64,000 bases of DNA from Camelus dromedarius. Taxonomy: Eukaryota. Within the stretch, counting starts at the first letter, position 1; each line of letters begins with the position of its first letter. Positions 28,001-39,190 of the stretch are shown here, piece after piece. Both the position numbers and the translations under genes were made by a program. The stretch covers positions 76,200,001 through 76,264,000 of the forward strand of contig NC_087437.1 of NCBI RefSeq assembly GCF_036321535.1. The letters run 5' to 3'. The notes below the pieces were generated by a model. That model had not been told where the DNA came from. It was given only the letters and a program-made list of their open reading frames with translations, and did not search any database.

Positions 28001-29217
28001 CATGATATTTTACATTCCCTTAAAAAATGTTGGACACAGAACTTCTTTTATTACATATCATCTAACATCTCAGCGATGTCAAAGTATATTTTGCTACCAT
28101 ACAGAAACTACCAGAAAGGCCTGGTTTTCAAACTGAAATTCTCTCAATACTAAGACAACCTTTTAATAGTGTACACAATATCCCAGCAAGCCAGGAAACA
28201 AAACAAACAAGATCTCTTTTCTTTTTCTTTTACGGAAAACTGAGTTCAAGTCCATTTTCATTTACGAAATACAGTCTCTGTCTTCACTATGATAATATTA
28301 CAAAGCACCAAGCTGATTTACACAATTTAGAGCAACCAATTTTCTTAACATATCAGAGCACTTGAGGTGTTCCTTGCAGTGGAGGGGCAAAATTGCACAT
28401 TGGTTTTCCCCAGTTCAGGCTCATCACACTGCTTTCAAAAGTTAAACCCTCAGTTTTCACCTAGACCATTACTTCTCACAAACAAACATTTTAGACACTT
28501 AACTTTCCCACATGCTATTTCATCATTTTTTCCATTTGGGAGGCATATATCTGAAAAAGGCACTTAAAAGATTTCAAAGTTGCTGTTTATTATACATACA
28601 GAATGTTAAAATGTACCCAATTTCTCCAAATATATAAATTTTGAAGAAAATAAGGATCAATTTGGAGTTATTTGCCTTTTAAATCAAGCTGGTACACTAA
28701 ACACTAGATTTACTACACTGCCCAGTCCACCCTTCGGGCACCACAACTGTCACAAACAGCACAAGTTACCCAAGAAAGAGTACCTAGGAAAGAGTAAGCA
28801 AATGTCAGTGGCTGTAATTTAGAGAGGCCTTCTACACAATGGTTCCTTGGGTTTTTGATAATTCTCTCCATTCACAAGCTACAATCTTTCTACCATATTA
28901 CCTAGCATTAAATTTCCTAGACCTTCAACTCTGTGTAAAATTTCATTATCAACTAAAGTGATAAAATAAGTTTTCAAATGACTCTTACTTGCAGATAAAT
29001 GTGAAATGCACATTTAAACTACCTTAAAATAATAACCGCACCTGAATTCTAAGTACTAAAAATCATAAATTGACTTCTGCTACAGGAAACTCAGTGAGAC
29101 AAGCTTTCTGGGGTGCTGCAACCCCAAGAAAGCATTTTCTTATGTGAACAGTAAAAAACCCTTCTGTCATTACTAATAGATGTCCAGCTTCTCTGTTTGA
29201 AGAGTTTGCATACTTAC

Positions 29218-29290
29218 CCAGGAAGGCAAATGGAAAGTACAGGGGGGAGGAAGATGAACTGCAGCAAAGCCTTTGTCATATGATAGTGAC
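29218..29290 (-). other. BBX: BBX 5' UTR exon 2 (73 nt)
   Basis: Minus strand TTTGATACTTTATAG|GTCACTATCATATGACAAAGGCTTTGCTGCAGTTCATCTTCC...GCCTTCCTGG|GTAAGT. Acceptor AG at 29292-29291, donor GTAAGT at 29217-29212. Lies 3.2 kb from exon 1, consistent with recalled BBX structure. Confidence 0.85.
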
Positions 29291-29619
29291 CTATAAAGTA
29301 TCAAATAAAGGTACATCATCAGTATGATAGAGCTTTACAACTGAATCCCAACTCCTACAACATCTATGAAGGAAGGACCCTGGAAACCCAGGAGTCCAGC
29401 TCCCCAACAACCCCTCCCCTCTCTTCACCCCCATCCCCACCCCCACGCTCGAACTGTGGCAATAAAGGCAAAGAAGCTCCCTGTACTCAAAGGGCAAAGA
29501 CTGAGGGCAGCGCAGTTGGCATTCTAGGGTGTCTCCAGCACCCTCGCTCCCTACTCCCGGTATGCACAAGGCAGAAAGTTGATCCATTCTGCAAACCCAA
29601 AACCCATACCGCGATCATT

Positions 29620-30820
29620 CAACTTGCACAAGTGATCGCCGCCCCCAGAACAAATATACCAGTAACCAAATCATGGCAATCGATAGGCAGTCCGAGCCTC
29701 CCTGGTTCCCAGTAGCGGGCTGGAGGTAGCAGGGCGACAGCAACGAGTCCAGGTAGTGCAGCCCTCAGCCCTGCAGACCTGGGCGGCCACAGCCATCGCC
29801 CAAACGCCCGTCCGCGGTCACAATCCCCAGACTGGATATCGCAACAGAGAGGAGAAACACAGTCGCCAGAGCCCCCCGGCGTCAAGTGCAGGGCCACCAG
29901 GTCTTCGAGGTCGGGGTTGTGGTTGGGGGTAGGGAGGGCTAGGAAACGGAGAGGGAGGAAGGGAACGAGGGATCCCACCCCGGCTTTGTTGCTGGTCACC
30001 ATCAAGTTTGCATCTTAGTACAAAATGTCGATCTTAAAGGCTGACAAGACAGAGGCAGAGGCAGAGGGAGAAAGAGAAAGGGAATAGAGTCCATCTTGCT
30101 TTGGGGAAGAGGGGGGAGAAAAAAAATGAAGTGCAAATCCCACACTCTGGGCGTAAAAGTCTGCTAAACACCTTTCCATAACGGAGGAGCAACGAGTGGG
30201 GTGTCCCCGTCCCCATGCCCACTCGAACTGGCGGCGGTCTGGGCAGAAAACGCCTCCCTCTCCTCCTCTTCCTCCTCCTTCCCCTCCTCCTCCTCCCTCT
30301 CCTCCTCCTCCCGCGGGCCCCGGCGAAGATCCCGCCGCCACCGCCGCTGCCTCCGCTGCCCCCCGGGGAGGCACCGCCGCCCGGCCCGGCGCTGCCATTC
30401 CGGGCTTGGACCGCGCGGCGCGCGTGGGGCCGGGAGCAGGGTGGCCGCGCGGGGACGTCCGCGCTGGGGACCCCCTGCGCCCCCTCGCCGCGGGCTGGCT
30501 ACAAAAGTCGCGCGAGCAGAGGTGGCGGCGGCGCGCATAAGAGGGGGCGCGCGTGGGGCCCCACGCCGCGAGTGGGCAACCCCAGGGGATGGCGAAGACC
30601 GCCCCTCCGCGCGCGGGGAAAGTACCCCAGTCCCCCGCAGCCCGGCGTCCGCGGCCGGGAGATGAGAACTGGACGTGTCATTAGCAGGACAGGCAATGGT
30701 TTCAAAGCCCCAGGCCAATGACCATTAGCAGAGGCAGAGCTCGCTCCGTCCCCATCCCCCACCACCTCCACCCACCTTCCCCTTCTTCCCCCCCCCACCT
30801 CCACCCCACCTCGCGAAACT
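29620..30820. promoter_or_regulatory. CpG island, proximal block (intron 1), possible extra promoter
   Basis: Dense CGCG/CCGC, GC boxes, CCAAT at ~30715, CCT-repeat tract. Confidence 0.9.
30254..30312. repeat. Imperfect (CCT)n repeat
   Basis: cctccctctcctcctcttcctcctccttcccctcctcctcct... Confidence 0.85.
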
Positions 30821-31397
30821 TTTCAACGAGATCCACCTGGACTAATTTGTCCTCAGACAGTTAAAATACTGACTAGACCCTACACACCAGGAGGGAAGGG
30901 GAATGCACGCTTTATTTTCTTTCTACAGAAAGGAAAGCAAAAAATAGCTTCTCTCTCCGTCTCTCCCTCTCCCCCCCCCCTCTGTCGTACATGTTGTGTC
31001 TTAGCTTTTTGCATCGTTTCGTTTTACCTTCCTCATTTAGCTGAAATGATCGCGGATATTTCACACATAAACGTGTTCCATTTTCTTGGATTCAGGGTCC
31101 CTGTAAATTACAGGACTCGGGTTTGGTCTCAGTTACGTTAAGTTTCATACAATACCAAAAAATAGAAAAATAATAATAAATTTCTGAGGGTGAGCGAGCG
31201 AGACGAGGTGGAGGAGGAAAAGAAACCTCGAGTCTGATTTCTGTAATTTACTAGCGACCCAGATCGCAGCAAATAACAGTGTAACACGAGTGTGGCTTAA
31301 GAGGGCTGGGGAGCTCTTTCTAGAGGCATCGACCCCATCCCCGGATAAAGGATCTGCAAGTTTTCTGTCATCGCGACCATGCAATGCCATAACTTAC

Positions 31398-31730
31398 CTT
31401 CAGAAATAAGACTTTAAACAGCCAAGGCCTTCCTCCTCCCCTCCACCACCACCCCCAGCTTCGCTCTCTCCACCTTAAACTTATTGACACAACATAATCC
31501 CACATTCAAGCAAAATCCTGACACAGCCTCCCTCCTCCTCTTCCCCCTCCTCTCTTCCCTCCCGTTCTCTCGTTCTCTCTCTCTCTCTCTCTGGTTCTCG
31601 CTCGCTCGCTCTCTCTCTCCCGTCCCCCCCCCCGCCGGCTTTCCCTCCCTCTTCTCTCTCCCCTTCTCCCTCGCCCTCTTCCCCCTCTCCCCCATTCTTC
31701 CTCCTAGCCACTCTGGCACTAAAACAGCAC
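31398..31730 (-). other. BBX: Probable alternative first exon of BBX; 5' end uncertain
   Basis: Perfect donor TTCTGAAG|GTAAGT (GT at 31397-31396), preceded by a GA-rich sense tract with no obvious acceptor, directly downstream of the distal CpG block. Confidence 0.55.
31526..31705. repeat. Polypyrimidine/polypurine tract with (CT)n and (CTCG)n
   Basis: Nearly pure C/T on the plus strand for ~180 nt. Confidence 0.9.
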
Positions 31731-32494
31731 TTTCTCTACTCGCCGCGCATTTGGTTAGGGGTGGGGGGTGAGAGGGCACCGATCTGCGGGGCCGGAACAC
31801 CCAAATCCCAACTCTCCAGATGAACGAGCAACTGGGCTGCTGTTCCCGGTCACCGACGCACACGAAACGTTCAATAAATCCACTGAGGGCTGGCTCCTCG
31901 TACCTTCCTCCCCTGCCCCGACTCCCCAGGCCCCACCTCCCCGTCAGCCGAGCCCAAGCTGGGCTCCACGTACTTTCGCCGAGATGAAGTTTGGGGCTCC
32001 CCGGGCGGCCACGAGCCGCCCGCCGGCGTGAGGGCTCTGTTGTTGTTTTCCTCGGGCTGCTCCTGCCCGCGCCCCGGCTCCCGTGCCCCTCTCGGGCGGC
32101 GCTGCCTGTGTGCCGAGAGGTGCTGGTTGCAAACGCAGCCTGGCACCGGCTGGCCTACTACTCCCCAGCCCGGCCCCCAGCCTCCCGCCCCAGGGCACTG
32201 CCTCCGCGCCCCCCGCCCCCCGCCGGCGCGGCGGCCGCGACCCTCGCCCCCGACCTCTCCCGACCCAAAGTTTTGGCGGAGGGGGAAAGTGCCCGGGGAG
32301 CGGGCCGGCTGGCGGCGGCTCCGGACGCGCGGGGTTCCCTCCGTCTTCCTCAAGTCCAGCCTACCGGCTGCCGCCGCCGCCGCTGCTCCTGCCGCGGAGT
32401 CCTTGGGGCTGCAGCCCGGCGGCTCGCAAGTGAGTAGGAAAACAGAAAGTGCGGGGAGAGCGCCCGGGAAGGGCTGGGGATGGGGGGCGCTTAC

Positions 32495-32651
32495 CTCGCG
32501 GGCTCGCGGGGCGTGAGGGCGTGTGTGTGGCTCGCCCTCAGCGGCCAGTCAGGGGTTCTCTATGGGAAAGTGGAGAGGAGCTCGCGGAGCCGCTCTGCCT
32601 CCGCTTCACTGTACACTGCTCCACATACAGTACATGCAACCCGGAGAGACT
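32495..32651 (-). other. BBX: Non-coding first exon (5' UTR) of BBX; 5' boundary approximate
   Basis: Minus strand reads ...GTACTGTATGTGGAGCAGTGTACAGTGAAGCGGAGGCAGAGCGGCTCCGCGAG...CCCGCGAG|GTAAGC. Consensus donor GT at 32494-32493, just downstream of TATA/CCAAT. Matches my recollection of the mammalian BBX mRNA 5' end; not database-verified. Confidence 0.8.
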
Positions 32652-32660
32652 GAAAACACT

Positions 32661-32690
32661 CATTTTATATAAGGCAGCCTGCCATTGGCC
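32661..32690 (-). promoter_or_regulatory. Core promoter: CCAAT box and TATA box
   Basis: Minus strand GGCCAATGGCAGGCTGCCTTATATAAAATG: CCAAT 32688-32684, TATAAAA 32669-32663; Inr-like TCAGTCT at 32653-32647. Confidence 0.7.
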
Positions 32691-34742
32691 CGCGCCGTGA
32701 CGGACAGGCCACGCGGCCAAACAGAAGGCCCGTTACACCCAAACACACGCACACATACACACATTTTACAGAGACACACAAAGATCATCACATTTTCTAT
32801 TTTCTAATGTTCGGGACCTGTAGACAGTGGGAGAAGACAGGTAGAGAGGCCCAGCAGAGTGGGTTGAGGAGGAAAGACCCTCTCTGCACCAAGTTGCAAG
32901 GCTTGAAACTGGTGTCCTTTTGACTTGGGAGGGTTATAGTAATAAACTACAACTCCACTGGATATGGAAGTAGGGGTTTTTGGTTTTTTTTTTTAAATCG
33001 TGGCCGTGTGGTGCCCCATGGAAGAGGCATGCATTGTGTCATGATTTTACAGCCTGACCTGGCTAACAAGTGGCCACGAAAGGCTTTTATCTGCATGGAT
33101 ATCTTTGGGTCAATGGGTTAGCGATCACATAGGCCAAAAGAGTGCAAGATAAGTTTATTAGGACTAAAATGCATTGAAGTTGTTAGTGCTTCATTTGTAG
33201 GTAAATTGAGAAAAATCAATACAACAATACACAGAAACAAGGATAAATATTTGGTTGAACTAGCCAATCTACTTTTGGCTGGTCAGAGGACTGCAAATCA
33301 ACTGTGTGGGCACACAAACTGTGCTGTACAGTAGAATAAGTTATGAAAGATTAGCTATTGACCCCTTTCCTTAAAAACAGGCCTTTTGAATCCATATGTG
33401 TAAGATTTATAATTTGCATACTACATATGATATTTACTTTATATATTTCACATAATATGTGAACATCACGTGTTGGGTGACTTTGGGAGATGGTGAACCC
33501 AAGGGCTGTTCTTTCTGATTTTTTTCTCTATGATGCCCTTTTGACAAATTATGTTTGACAGTCCTATATAAACAAGTCAACAGGTTGCTAGGAAAAAGCC
33601 ATAGCTGGAAACTAAGAGGAATAGATTCTAGACCCTACTCTTAAAACTCACTAAACGATCTTGAGCAACTCATTTAGCCCCTTTGATGCTCAGATTTGGG
33701 TTGGGGTTTTGTTTTTATTTTTTCTTTTAAGCTTAAAATAAGAAGCTTCCCCCAGTTTCCCTTCATTAAATGTTTATTCAGCATCTACTGTGTACCAGAC
33801 ATTACCATAGGCCCTAGATGTTTTCTTAAGGTTCTTTCTGATTTAAGTCTGCGAATTATTCTTAAACATAAACATTTTGAAGATTAAATAAACATTACGA
33901 TTTTATGGCCTAGATGTGTAGCTTTAAAACTTAAAGGAAAGCTGGATAAGAGAACTTAATTCAAATCCCCGTTTATTTCCTTGATGTTATCTTGAGGTTT
34001 TTCTCTCACATCCATAAAGTTACCAAATAAGTGTGTTTGTAAGTGAAAGACGGAATGGGAAACAGATACAGAGTATACTTAAGTTTATGAAGTTTAGAAA
34101 ACAAATAGTGGTATTTAAAAATGTGATGTTTTGTTTATTTTTTAGAGGAAAATAATTTTTAAAGGGAAGAGTATATCAAATCACAGCAGTTTGAACTGAT
34201 ACTATTAAAGGTTATGTTAATGATGCTCTGCATTTAGTGGGCAGAAGGAGCAAAGTGGTCTTTATCCACACTACACACTGCTGTGAGTTTGGTGCTAAGT
34301 ATTATTGTCTCTATTTTCTCCATAAGAGAAATGGGACAGGGCCAAATTATAGAACCTGCTCAAGATTACACAGAATACTAGTGAAGAAAGAACTTAAACC
34401 CACAACTCTTAATACCCGACACAGTCTTTCCTTCCAAATGACAAACTTCAGGGACAAGAGGCAGATGGAGGAAAAGCTAGAAAAACTTTCTCAAGATTTC
34501 ACTGTGCTCCTTTTTGAAGAGGGAAAAAAAAATCAACACAAGTTGCTATATTTAATTGCTGAGTGAAATGTGAATTTTTTGCTAGTATATTCACATTGTG
34601 AAAAATATAAAAGACCAGTCCACTTCCCACCCCTACCACCAACCCCAACTATAAGAAAACATTCTTTATTTCTTAATGGTCACAAAGATTTTTTTTTTTT
34701 TTTTGGTTGCATTACGCTTAGCTTAACAGAATTATTTAGAGC

Positions 34743-35122
34743 TACAGTTTTCAAACTTTTAGATCACACATTGTGATCAGTAAAATGTTTGAGCATGTAC
34801 CCTCAGTATATGTATATTTATGTATATGTTTTAAAAATGCACCACTGAGTTTGGAGTTTTTTAGGCACTAGCCATTCAATCTCCTTGCTCAGCCCTGCAA
34901 TAAGCCTTTCTCTGCATCAAAAATTAAAAAATAAAATCAAATAAAAATGCCAACTGCATGGATTTATTATTTATTATTACAAACCATACACTCACAAAAA
35001 CAAAATGAAAATGCATGAGATAAAAATAAAAATTAAATAAGAGTTTTAATATTTTCTTCCCATACTCTGATGATATGGAGTATCACGTGCCCCGGGGTTT
35101 TTGCATTCAAGTTTGGAGATCT
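34743..35122 (-). mobile_element. Charlie4-like hAT relic with an internal retro-insertion
   Basis: CAGTTTTCAAACTTTT...TCAGTAAAATGTTTGAGCATGTACCCTCAGTATATG...TAATATTTTCTTCCC...GTTTGGAGA. Confidence 0.7.
34848..34941 (+). mobile_element. Polyadenylated ERV1-like LTR fragment (processed retrocopy)
   Basis: CTCCTTGCTCAGCCCTGCAATAAGCCTTTCTCTGC followed by an A-rich tail; imperfect TSD TAAAAATGCACCACTG / TAAAAATGCCAACTG. Confidence 0.65.
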
Positions 35123-36009
35123 TCGACAGTATAAGGTGCTAACTGACTGGGACTGATGCAAGGGAGCATGAAGAAGTGCATAGACATGAGACTTTGCAAG
35201 TCATTATTGCTACTGGAAAACTGGTGGGTCCACAGAGCCTTGAGATCCAGATAATTACACATTTTTTAAACACATATGATACATTGGTGGTACACTGAGC
35301 ATCATGTGGCAGTATAAGCCATCATTCAATGTTCTTTTGCAGATCATTTATTGAGAAGGATCTGTGTGCTAGGCATTGTGCATACCAGAATTCTGGAAAA
35401 GGAAAATTGCCTGCTCCTAGAAGTGATAGAATAGAATTCCAGTCTCATGTATGATAGACGGGGCCTTTCCACTCAGTAAGGGTAAGAGTCTTAGAACTAA
35501 ATGTATTATAGTACTTTTACCATTTAGGAAATACTTTTTAGATTTTTAATTACCTCATTTAAGAATAAATGTCAAGAAATTTTAAATGCCAGTAATGCCC
35601 CAAAAATAAAAATATGAAAAATCATAGCTTTCAGAGAGTTTATTTAATTTTTATAATGTAGTGTTATGAGAATAAAAACAACTGTTGGTTTCCTGAGTGA
35701 AATGGCATTAAAAAGGGTCTACAAGAAAAGGCTTTTCCTTTCATGTTTTCACATTTGATGGTCAATTACAGGTTGAACCCACATGGTTAACATATTCCTC
35801 CTTCTCATAGCTTCGATTGTCCATTTTCTTAAATTCATTTTATTTGAAATTTCATTGTAAGCCACATAAAATAATTTGGGGAGAGTAAATTTAAATATGT
35901 GTGTAAATGTGTATGTACAGTGTTTTTGTATGTTCATGTGTATGTATATGTTGTTTAAATATATATCTATAAACAATCTTTTATTTCCTTATTTTACATT
36001 ACTTCTTTA

Positions 36010-36200
36010 GAGAGTGCCAAATCAAATCCTGATTTCACCAGTCCCTAGCTGTATAACCTTGGAAAATTCCTTGATCACTCCAAGACTCAGTTTCCTTGTT
36101 TGTAAAATAGGGTTAATAAAAGTAATCATAAATGAAACAATCCATATAAAATGCTTAAACCTGGAACGTACTAAACATTCAATGAGTATTATTTTTATTT
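36010..36200 (+). mobile_element. MIR
   Basis: CTAGCTGTATAACCTTGGAAAA...CTCAGTTTCCTTGTTTGTAAAATAGGG. Confidence 0.8.
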
Positions 36201-37189
36201 ATCTTTTACACATACAAGCCAATGACAACTGCTTTGCAGGAAGTTTTCTAAGACTTAACCCTCAAAATGAAATGGAGTTTATGGAACCTGATGTAACTTG
36301 CTTGCCCAGTGTTTGCAATTTCCCTTTAGCCTGCATTCTACTAAGTCCAGCATCTCTGCACGTAAAGGATGTCAGCCTGATCCTAGGATAAAGCAAACAT
36401 CCTATGGGGTGGCTATTATTAAGCACCTAAAAAGGCAAACTTGTAATAAATCACTCTTTGAAACAAGCCTTGTTTTGTGCATTGAAACTTCAGATAATTG
36501 CAGAGATGAGGGTCTGCCTTACATAACAATTTTTGACTTGTACTTGACCTTTCTGAGCATCACTTTTTTTTCTCTCTGTAAGAGAAAGGTAGAGAAAATC
36601 ATACCTCTTTCCCCAAGGCCAGTGCAAAAGGACTGAAAATTGGAACCTGGACAGTTGGACCACTTCTCAGCACCAATGCAAAAATTCATAATCTTGAAGA
36701 GAACCAGCTTCTCTTGGATTCCAGAGTTGGGATAGAAAGAAAAAGGAAAACACCCTGCTTTTCTCAGGCAATGCTAGCCAAAGCATCTTGGAATTCCCAC
36801 TCTCTTGTGATCTTCTGTAGCATTTCATCTGTATTACTCTTAAGGCATTCAAATACCTTGCCTTGTATTACATTATTTGTATATTGATAGAGATAGCTAT
36901 TTGATGGCAAACACCTTGAAGAAAATGATGATGTCTCATTCATCATTTTGTTTTCCAGCAGTGATTAGCACAACAGCTTGTACTTTGCCTAACATGTAGC
37001 AGTAACTCAACAAAGATTTGTAAAACATATGAGCAAAACAAGCAAAGACAAACAAACAAAAAGACTATAAATTCTAAAAAGGATCAGAGAGAATCTAGGA
37101 ATGACACAGGTACCAGAAAACATTGGGCGTCCCAGGTATATGGTGAACAGAACTTACATTGTAGTCATTGTAGGTTATACTTGCATATT

Positions 37190-37405
37190 GTTTACATTTT
37201 CTAAAGCACTTTTACACCTGAGAGAGCCTAGCATACTCACTAAAATCCATGTGAAGTAAAGATGAGACAGACAGAGGGAACTTCTTTATAAAGATGAAAA
37301 AATTGAAGCAGGGAAGGGTTAAATGGGTCCTTCAATATTATACAGCTAGTAGCAGAGATGGATTAGTACAAAGGTTCTAGACACCTAGTTCTGCAAGCTT
37401 TCTGC
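37190..37405 (-). mobile_element. MIR
   Basis: AAAGATGAAAAAATTGAAGCAGGGAAGGGTTAAATG...TACAGCTAGTAGCAGAG. Confidence 0.65.
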
Positions 37406-38207
37406 CTTAGGGGGAGGGGGAGAGGGGTCACCAAAGAGTCACTTAAGGATCATATCATAAAAATAGGTCTCTAAGTGGACGATGATTTTACACTAATGGA
37501 TTTGATAATAAAGTCAGTAAGCACTAGCATTAGCATTAGACAGCCCTTCTAGCCACTGTCTCATGAGAAGCTTCAGTAACATGCTGAACACCATCCTGAA
37601 CAAGGACGGTGTCCTATGACACATCCAGCTTTTGGGAACTCCCTTCTTCCCGAGACAATCTGTTTCATCCTCTGATGGTTTTGATCACTGCAGACTCCTT
37701 CCCAATCTTTAACATAACTTCTCTGTTCTTAAGTGTTATCCATTGTTCCTTTTCCTGTACCCTTGTTGCCATGCAGAACAATCCGATCCCTTTTCCATGT
37801 GCCACTTGAATTGCATGAAGACAGTCTCATGACTGCCTCCTGCCTTGAGTTGTGCCTTTTCCAGGCGAACAGTCTCAGATAAATCATTCTTCCTATTTTC
37901 AGTTCTTGGTCTCCTCTCCCACCCTGCCCATTGTCTTTGTTGGTGTGATAGGCAGAGCAGGCGGGGGCTGCGGCAGTGTGCAGTACATTATGACCATGGC
38001 TCCCTTCTCTTTGATACAAAATTTCTATTATTGCAGCCTAGGATGGAACTTACTTTTCTGATAGTTACATCACTCTGCCAACCATTATTGTGTTTACTCT
38101 TTAAAAGAAATTTTTTTTGAAATGTGGGTTGTTAAGCCATGTCTCCTCCATCTGTATTATATAATTTATTTTGGGAAAACTGAGGTATCAGCCTTTATAA
38201 ACCTGTT

Positions 38208-38615
38208 GTTGTATAATGGTTAAGATCCAAGGCTTTGGAGGAGAGGGTATACATCAGTGGTAGAGTGCATGCTTAGCATTCACAAGGTCCTGGGTTCAAT
38301 CCCCAGTACGTCCATTAAACAAACAAACAAACAAACCTAATTATCTCCCTCCCCAACAACAAAAAAAAACAACAAAAAAACAGAGATCCAAGGCTTTGGA
38401 GGTAAAACAATATGAGTTCATAGCTTGGCTCCAGTACTTACTAATTTGTGTGGACAAATTTCATAACCTATGTTTGCTTCAGTTCTTCGTGTATATAGGT
38501 TGAGGGGGGTGGGTAATATGTAACTCATAAGGTTATTATAAGGATTTGATAAAAATTATGTATGTAAAATACTTAAAACAGTGCTTGTCATATAATAAGC
38601 GCTCAATAAATGGTA
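38208..38615 (+). mobile_element. Near full-length MIR hosting the Vic-1 SINE
   Basis: GTATAATGGTTAAGA...GCTTTGGAG...CATAAGGTTATTATAAGGATT...AAAACAGTGCTTGTCATATAATAAGCGCTCAATAAATGGTAG. Confidence 0.85.
38240..38383 (+). mobile_element. Vic-1-type (camelid) tRNA-derived SINE inserted in a MIR
   Basis: A box TCAGTGGTAGAG, B box GGTTCAATCC, AAACCTAATTATCTCCC segment, A-rich tail; exact 17-nt TSD AGATCCAAGGCTTTGGA at 38223-38239 and 38384-38400. Confidence 0.92.
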
Positions 38616-38639
38616 GAGTTTTCTTTTTTCTTTAGCTGA

Positions 38640-39190
38640 TGGAATTCAGCCTAGAATTCCATTTGCCAACATCTTTTTGTATGCTGATTATTCCATTCAA
38701 TATATTTGCCTCTGATCTCACTGTGTGTGGTTCATTCACAAATTTGATGCTTTCTTTACATGTCCCAAGTCATTTATTGAAAGCATTATCTAAGTCAGAA
38801 CCCAGAGCACCTACCCCTGATAGGTTAACATTGATCATTAATCAGCACTCCCATGGCCACTATTGTTGAACCTGTGACAGAGCCACCTAATTTCACCTAC
38901 ATTTAAAAAAATTAAACCTAAAGAAATTTATACAGAATTATATAAATAAGTGATCATGTAAGAGCTTTCTTACAATTTAACAACTTATTATATTGTCTCA
39001 GATTTCTTTATAAGAAATAAAATGAATGTATAATTGAAACCCTCTTCCCTGGTCCAGTTCCTCTCCAGTTCTCCCCAGAGGTGACCATTAATTTCTAATT
39101 TCACTCTCATCCTATCCATATTTTTTGCAACTCACTCTTGAAAATATCTGACATGACTTTATCAAAAGGTTTTATGAAATTTTCATTCAC
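38640..39190 (-). mobile_element. Probable CR1/L3 relics, with other fragments interleaved
   Basis: TTCACAAATTTGAT...CCCAAGTCATTTATTGAAAGCATT and GACTTTATCAAAAGGTTTTATGAAAT resemble antisense L3. Confidence 0.45.

Larger units (their letters stand above)
1..29217 (-). other. BBX: Proximal part of the long BBX intron 2; next exon and CDS lie beyond the left edge
   Basis: Downstream of the exon-2 donor; no recognisable BBX coding sequence; sense strand appears T-rich; only old repeats. Confidence 0.7.
31740..32720. promoter_or_regulatory. CpG island, distal block (exon 1/intron 1)
   Basis: Very GC- and CpG-rich with GCC repeats, against an AT-rich CpG-depleted background. Confidence 0.92.

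Noticed and set aside
29619..32720. Many overlapping 100-184 aa ORFs on both strands
   Set aside because: Pro/Ala/Gly/Arg-rich low-complexity products expected from stop-poor CpG-island DNA; no recognisable domain.
38240..38320. tRNA-like A/B boxes as a functional tRNA gene (also 47001 and 54794)
   Set aside because: A-rich tails and TSDs identify them as SINEs.
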